Source of the DNA: Chiloscyllium plagiosum | Lineage: Eukaryota | Reading direction: 5' to 3' | Length of the DNA stretch: 64,000 bases | Assembly (NCBI RefSeq): GCF_004010195.1 | Contig: NC_057743.1 | Coordinates: forward strand, 21,987,809-22,051,808 | Part shown: positions 63,472-64,000 of the stretch, one piece after another | How the letters are laid out: the number at the start of each line of letters is the position of its first letter | How positions within the stretch are numbered: the first letter of the stretch is position 1 | Notes under the pieces: model-generated | What the model was told of the DNA's origin: nothing | Databases searched by the model: none | The model's input: only the letters and a program-made list of their open reading frames with translations | Translations under genes and position numbers: made by a program

Positions 63472-63845
63472 CTAGTCAGAACCTTCTCTTGACATTTTCA
63501 CATTTGCACGTCCAGAAGTATTCATTGGATTTTGATAATAAGCAGGTACCCTAATCAAAGATAATTTGGGCCAAATTTTGTTCTCCAGCTCTTTTTCTTG
63601 GTCTTGGCTCTGTACAGTTGTTTGTGATTCATCGCTTCTTAACAGAGAAGCTTCTCCAGTATCCATTCTGCAATTTTCAAAATGGAAGACTGACAGAATT
63701 GCTTGACTGTTGTTATCATTTAGAAAATGAGCGGAAAGGTCATGGGAAGTGTCTTTATCCTGAAAGTTATTGGCAAAGGGACTGTTTTTTCTCCCCACAA
63801 GCTGGAAGACACCCATTGTATCTTCTAACAGAAACTTGGGTAAAC
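63472..63845 (-). CDS. Candidate terminal coding exon of an unidentified gene, antisense within an INTS11 intron
   Basis: Long polypyrimidine tract plus aag| at 63845, followed by about 124 open codons (LPKFLLEDTMGVFQLVGRKNSPF...SREGSD*). No recognisable repeat motif. Confidence 0.35.
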
Positions 63846-64000
63846 CTTTTGAAGCAATGAAAGATAGAGGATAGTGAGGAGAGACGAAGGCAGTGAAATT
63901 ATTTAAATGGCAGCATCAACTTGATGGGTGCAATGGCCTCCTTTCTCACTGTAAACATCCTGATTGTTATCCTGCAGCTCCTGTATCTGCACAGACTGGG

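Noticed and set aside
1-64000. CRISPR arrays or prokaryotic operons and defence systems
   Set aside because: The sequence is intron-containing vertebrate DNA, and no regularly spaced repeat-spacer array was seen.

Overview
Vertebrate nuclear DNA, very probably a shark (inferred from HE1-type and SacSINE1/Deu-type SINEs, abundant CR1 LINEs and Penelope-like elements). The block is syntenic with human 1p36.33. I assembled four genes by hand from GT-AG splice sites and reading phase. (1) A 7-exon, 269-aa TNF receptor on + (6378-23927) with the exon and cysteine pattern of OX40/TNFRSF4, a PVQEE TRAF motif and an NF-kB/ISRE/TATA promoter. (2) A very GC-rich 10-finger C2H2 zinc-finger gene on - (35644-36605, probable first coding exon 40210-40360). 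(3) CPTP on - (59648-59530 joined to 45973-45451, 213 aa). (4) The 5' end of INTS11 on + (61475-61690), head-to-head with CPTP on a compact bidirectional promoter. Bases 201-5490 are a decayed class I (epsilon/gamma-like) endogenous retrovirus with one LTR, a truncated env, and a probable 2H-phosphoesterase domain between protease and RT. Penelope-like elements and short fold-back derivatives scatter about a dozen minimal type I hammerhead ribozyme motifs across the window, three with an intact catalytic core. Unexplained items include a CpG-retaining 1.3-kb block behind an NRF1 site and a candidate antisense coding exon inside an INTS11 intron. Repeat boundaries are approximate and no database searches were run.
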